A stretch of 64,000 nucleotides of DNA. It comes from Phototrophicaceae bacterium (GTDB taxonomy: Bacteria > Chloroflexota > Anaerolineae > Aggregatilineales > Phototrophicaceae). The stretch lies in assembly GCA_965115865.1 (NCBI GenBank), contig OZ220469.1:586638-650637 (forward strand), written 5' to 3'. Positions 62,753 through 64,000 of the stretch are shown here, one piece after another; the stretch's first letter is position 1, and each line of letters begins with the position of its first letter. Below the pieces are notes generated by a model. The model was not told the DNA's origin and made no database searches. It worked only from the letters and a program-made list of their open reading frames with translations. Position numbers and translations under genes: made by a program.

Positions 62753-64000
62753 TCAACCGAGGACGAGCAAGCGTGGCTCCGTCATCTCTTCGATGGCATA
62801 ACGCAATCCTTCGCGCCCGAAACCGCTCGCTTTGATGCCGCCATAGGGCATATGGTCGACACGAAAGGTGGGTACGCCGTTGATGACCAAGGCGCCGACA
62901 TCAACCTCTTCCCAAGCTTTCAGGATGCGCTCCAGGTCACGCGTGAAGAGCCCGGCCTGCAAGCCATAGTCGCTATCGTTGAGCGTGGCCAGCGCTTCGT
63001 CGAATTCGCGATAGGGGGCGAGCGTGACGATGGGCGCGAAGACCTCCTCGCAATTCACGCGCATCTGCGGCTGGGTTTCGCTGAGCACGGTGGGCGGGAA
63101 GAAAGCACCTTCGCGCTCGCCGCCTTCTAGGCGGGTGGCACCAGCGGCCAGGGCCGCTTCCACCCAGTCGCTGGCGCGTTGCGCTTCGCCTTCGTGAATG
63201 AGCGGGCCGACATCAGTTTGCGGGTCACGCGGGTCGCCACAGCGCAACGCGCGCACCTGGGCCAGGAAGCCATCGGTGAATTCCTCGTAGATTTCGTGTT
63301 GGATGAGGATGCGTTGGACCGAGATGCAATTCTGCCCCGCGTTGACGAAGGCGCCCCCACAGGCCTGTTGGGTGGCGGCCGGCAAATCGGCATCGCCATG
63401 GATGATGAGTCCGGCGTTGCCGCCCAACTCCAGGGCCACTTTTTTGCGGCCAGCGATGCCTTTCAACATCCAACCCACGGTTGCGCTGCCGGTGAAGCTG
63501 AGCATGGCGACGCGCTCATCGCGCACCAGGGTTTCCGCGACAGCGCCGCGGCAATTGAGCATGGAAAAGGCCGGCGGCGGGTAGCCGGCTGCCAATACCA
63601 ATTCCGCTAACAAGACGGAGGAGAGGGGCGTGCGCTCCGAAGGTTTGAGGATGATGGCGTTGCCAGAGGCGATGGCCGGGCCCAGTTTATGGCAGGCGAG
63701 GTTGAGCGGGTAATTGAAGGGAGCGATGGCGGCGATGGTGCCGATGGGCGCGCGCCGCGTCAATCCGCGGCGCCCGGCGCCGGCGGCTGTCCAATCCAGC
63801 GCGAGCAATTCGCCGGGCAAGCGGCGCGCTTCCTCAGCGGCGACCTTCAGCGTCTGCAAGGCGCGTGTCGTCTCACCGGCGGCGGTTTGCTGATTCTTAC
63901 CGCTTTCTAGAATCATGATATCCACAAAATCATCGAAGCGGGCGGCGACCAGCTCGCGCAACCGTTCCAATATCTCGCTGCGATGGTAGGCGGGCAGGCG
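62753..64000 (-). CDS. Aldehyde dehydrogenase family protein (N-terminus outside the window)
   Basis: E-L-G-G-N (catalytic Glu) and F-V-N-A-G-Q-N-C-I-S (catalytic Cys). The frame stays open to the window edge; the M at 63970 in the ORF track is an internal TTG. Confidence 0.8.
   Translation of the reverse strand, partial: RLPAYHRSEILERLRELVAARFDDFVDIMILESGKNQQTAAGETTRALQTLKVAAEEARRLPGELLALDWTAAGAGRRGLTRRAPIGTIAAIAPFNYPLNLACHKLGPAIASGNAIILKPSERTPLSSVLLAELVLAAGYPPPAFSMLNCRGAVAETLVRDERVAMLSFTGSATVGWMLKGIAGRKKVALELGGNAGLIIHGDADLPAATQQACGGAFVNAGQNCISVQRILIQHEIYEEFTDGFLAQVRALRCGDPRDPQTDVGPLIHEGEAQRASDWVEAALAAGATRLEGGEREGAFFPPTVLSETQPQMRVNCEEVFAPIVTLAPYREFDEALATLNDSDYGLQAGLFTRDLERILKAWEEVDVGALVINGVPTFRVDHMPYGGIKASGFGREGLRYAIEEMTEPRLLVLG

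Noticed and set aside
1-64000. Search for tRNA, rRNA, CRISPR repeats, IS elements, integrases, toxin-antitoxin pairs and prophage genes.
   Set aside because: I saw no T-loop (GGTTCGAnnC-like) sequences in non-coding DNA, no regularly spaced direct repeats, and no transposase, recombinase or phage-like translations. The gene content looks like core chromosome.

Overview
High-GC bacterial chromosomal segment, densely packed with about 64 protein-coding genes. I saw no rRNA, tRNA, CRISPR array, transposase or integrase. All calls come from reading the translations and DNA by eye, with no database search.

Gene content is mostly housekeeping and metabolism:
- **Polyamine-related:** potD-like fragment, potA, agmatine deiminase.
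- **DNA and nucleotide functions:** mutY, dtd, an SbcD-like nuclease, recO, cdd, tmk, ftsK.
- **Respiration and redox:** sdhC/D-A-B, msrA, a thioredoxin, a thiolase.
- **Envelope:** several glycosyltransferases and a Wzx-type flippase.
- **Sugar or hydroxy-acid cluster:** LarA-like, split UxaA and an aldehyde dehydrogenase.
- **Molybdenum hydroxylase locus:** a form-II cluster coxG-S-L-M followed by the maturation genes coxD-coxE-xdhC-moeA-like.

The most interesting signal is at 27612-28310. A MerB-family (alkylmercury-lyase-like) gene is interrupted by a single in-frame TGA exactly where the second catalytic cysteine should be. A SECIS-like hairpin with a GGUC loop follows at the spacing expected for a bacterial SECIS. 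This makes it a candidate selenocysteine MerB homologue, and it is the last cistron of the Mo-hydroxylase maturation unit.

Other observations:
- Nine genes have a TAnnnT box 6-8 nt upstream of the ATG and no Shine-Dalgarno sequence, suggesting leaderless transcription.
- An extended -10 motif, TGTTACA(C/A)T, occurs three times.
- A standalone prokaryotic homologue of the TRPM-type SLOG (LSDAT) domain.
- A 929-aa orphan helical protein.
- A fused SdhC/SdhD membrane anchor.
- A CoiA-like nuclease with a wHTH domain.
- An orphan intrinsic terminator that may mark a small RNA.

Many long antisense ORFs in the track are high-GC shadow ORFs and were rejected.
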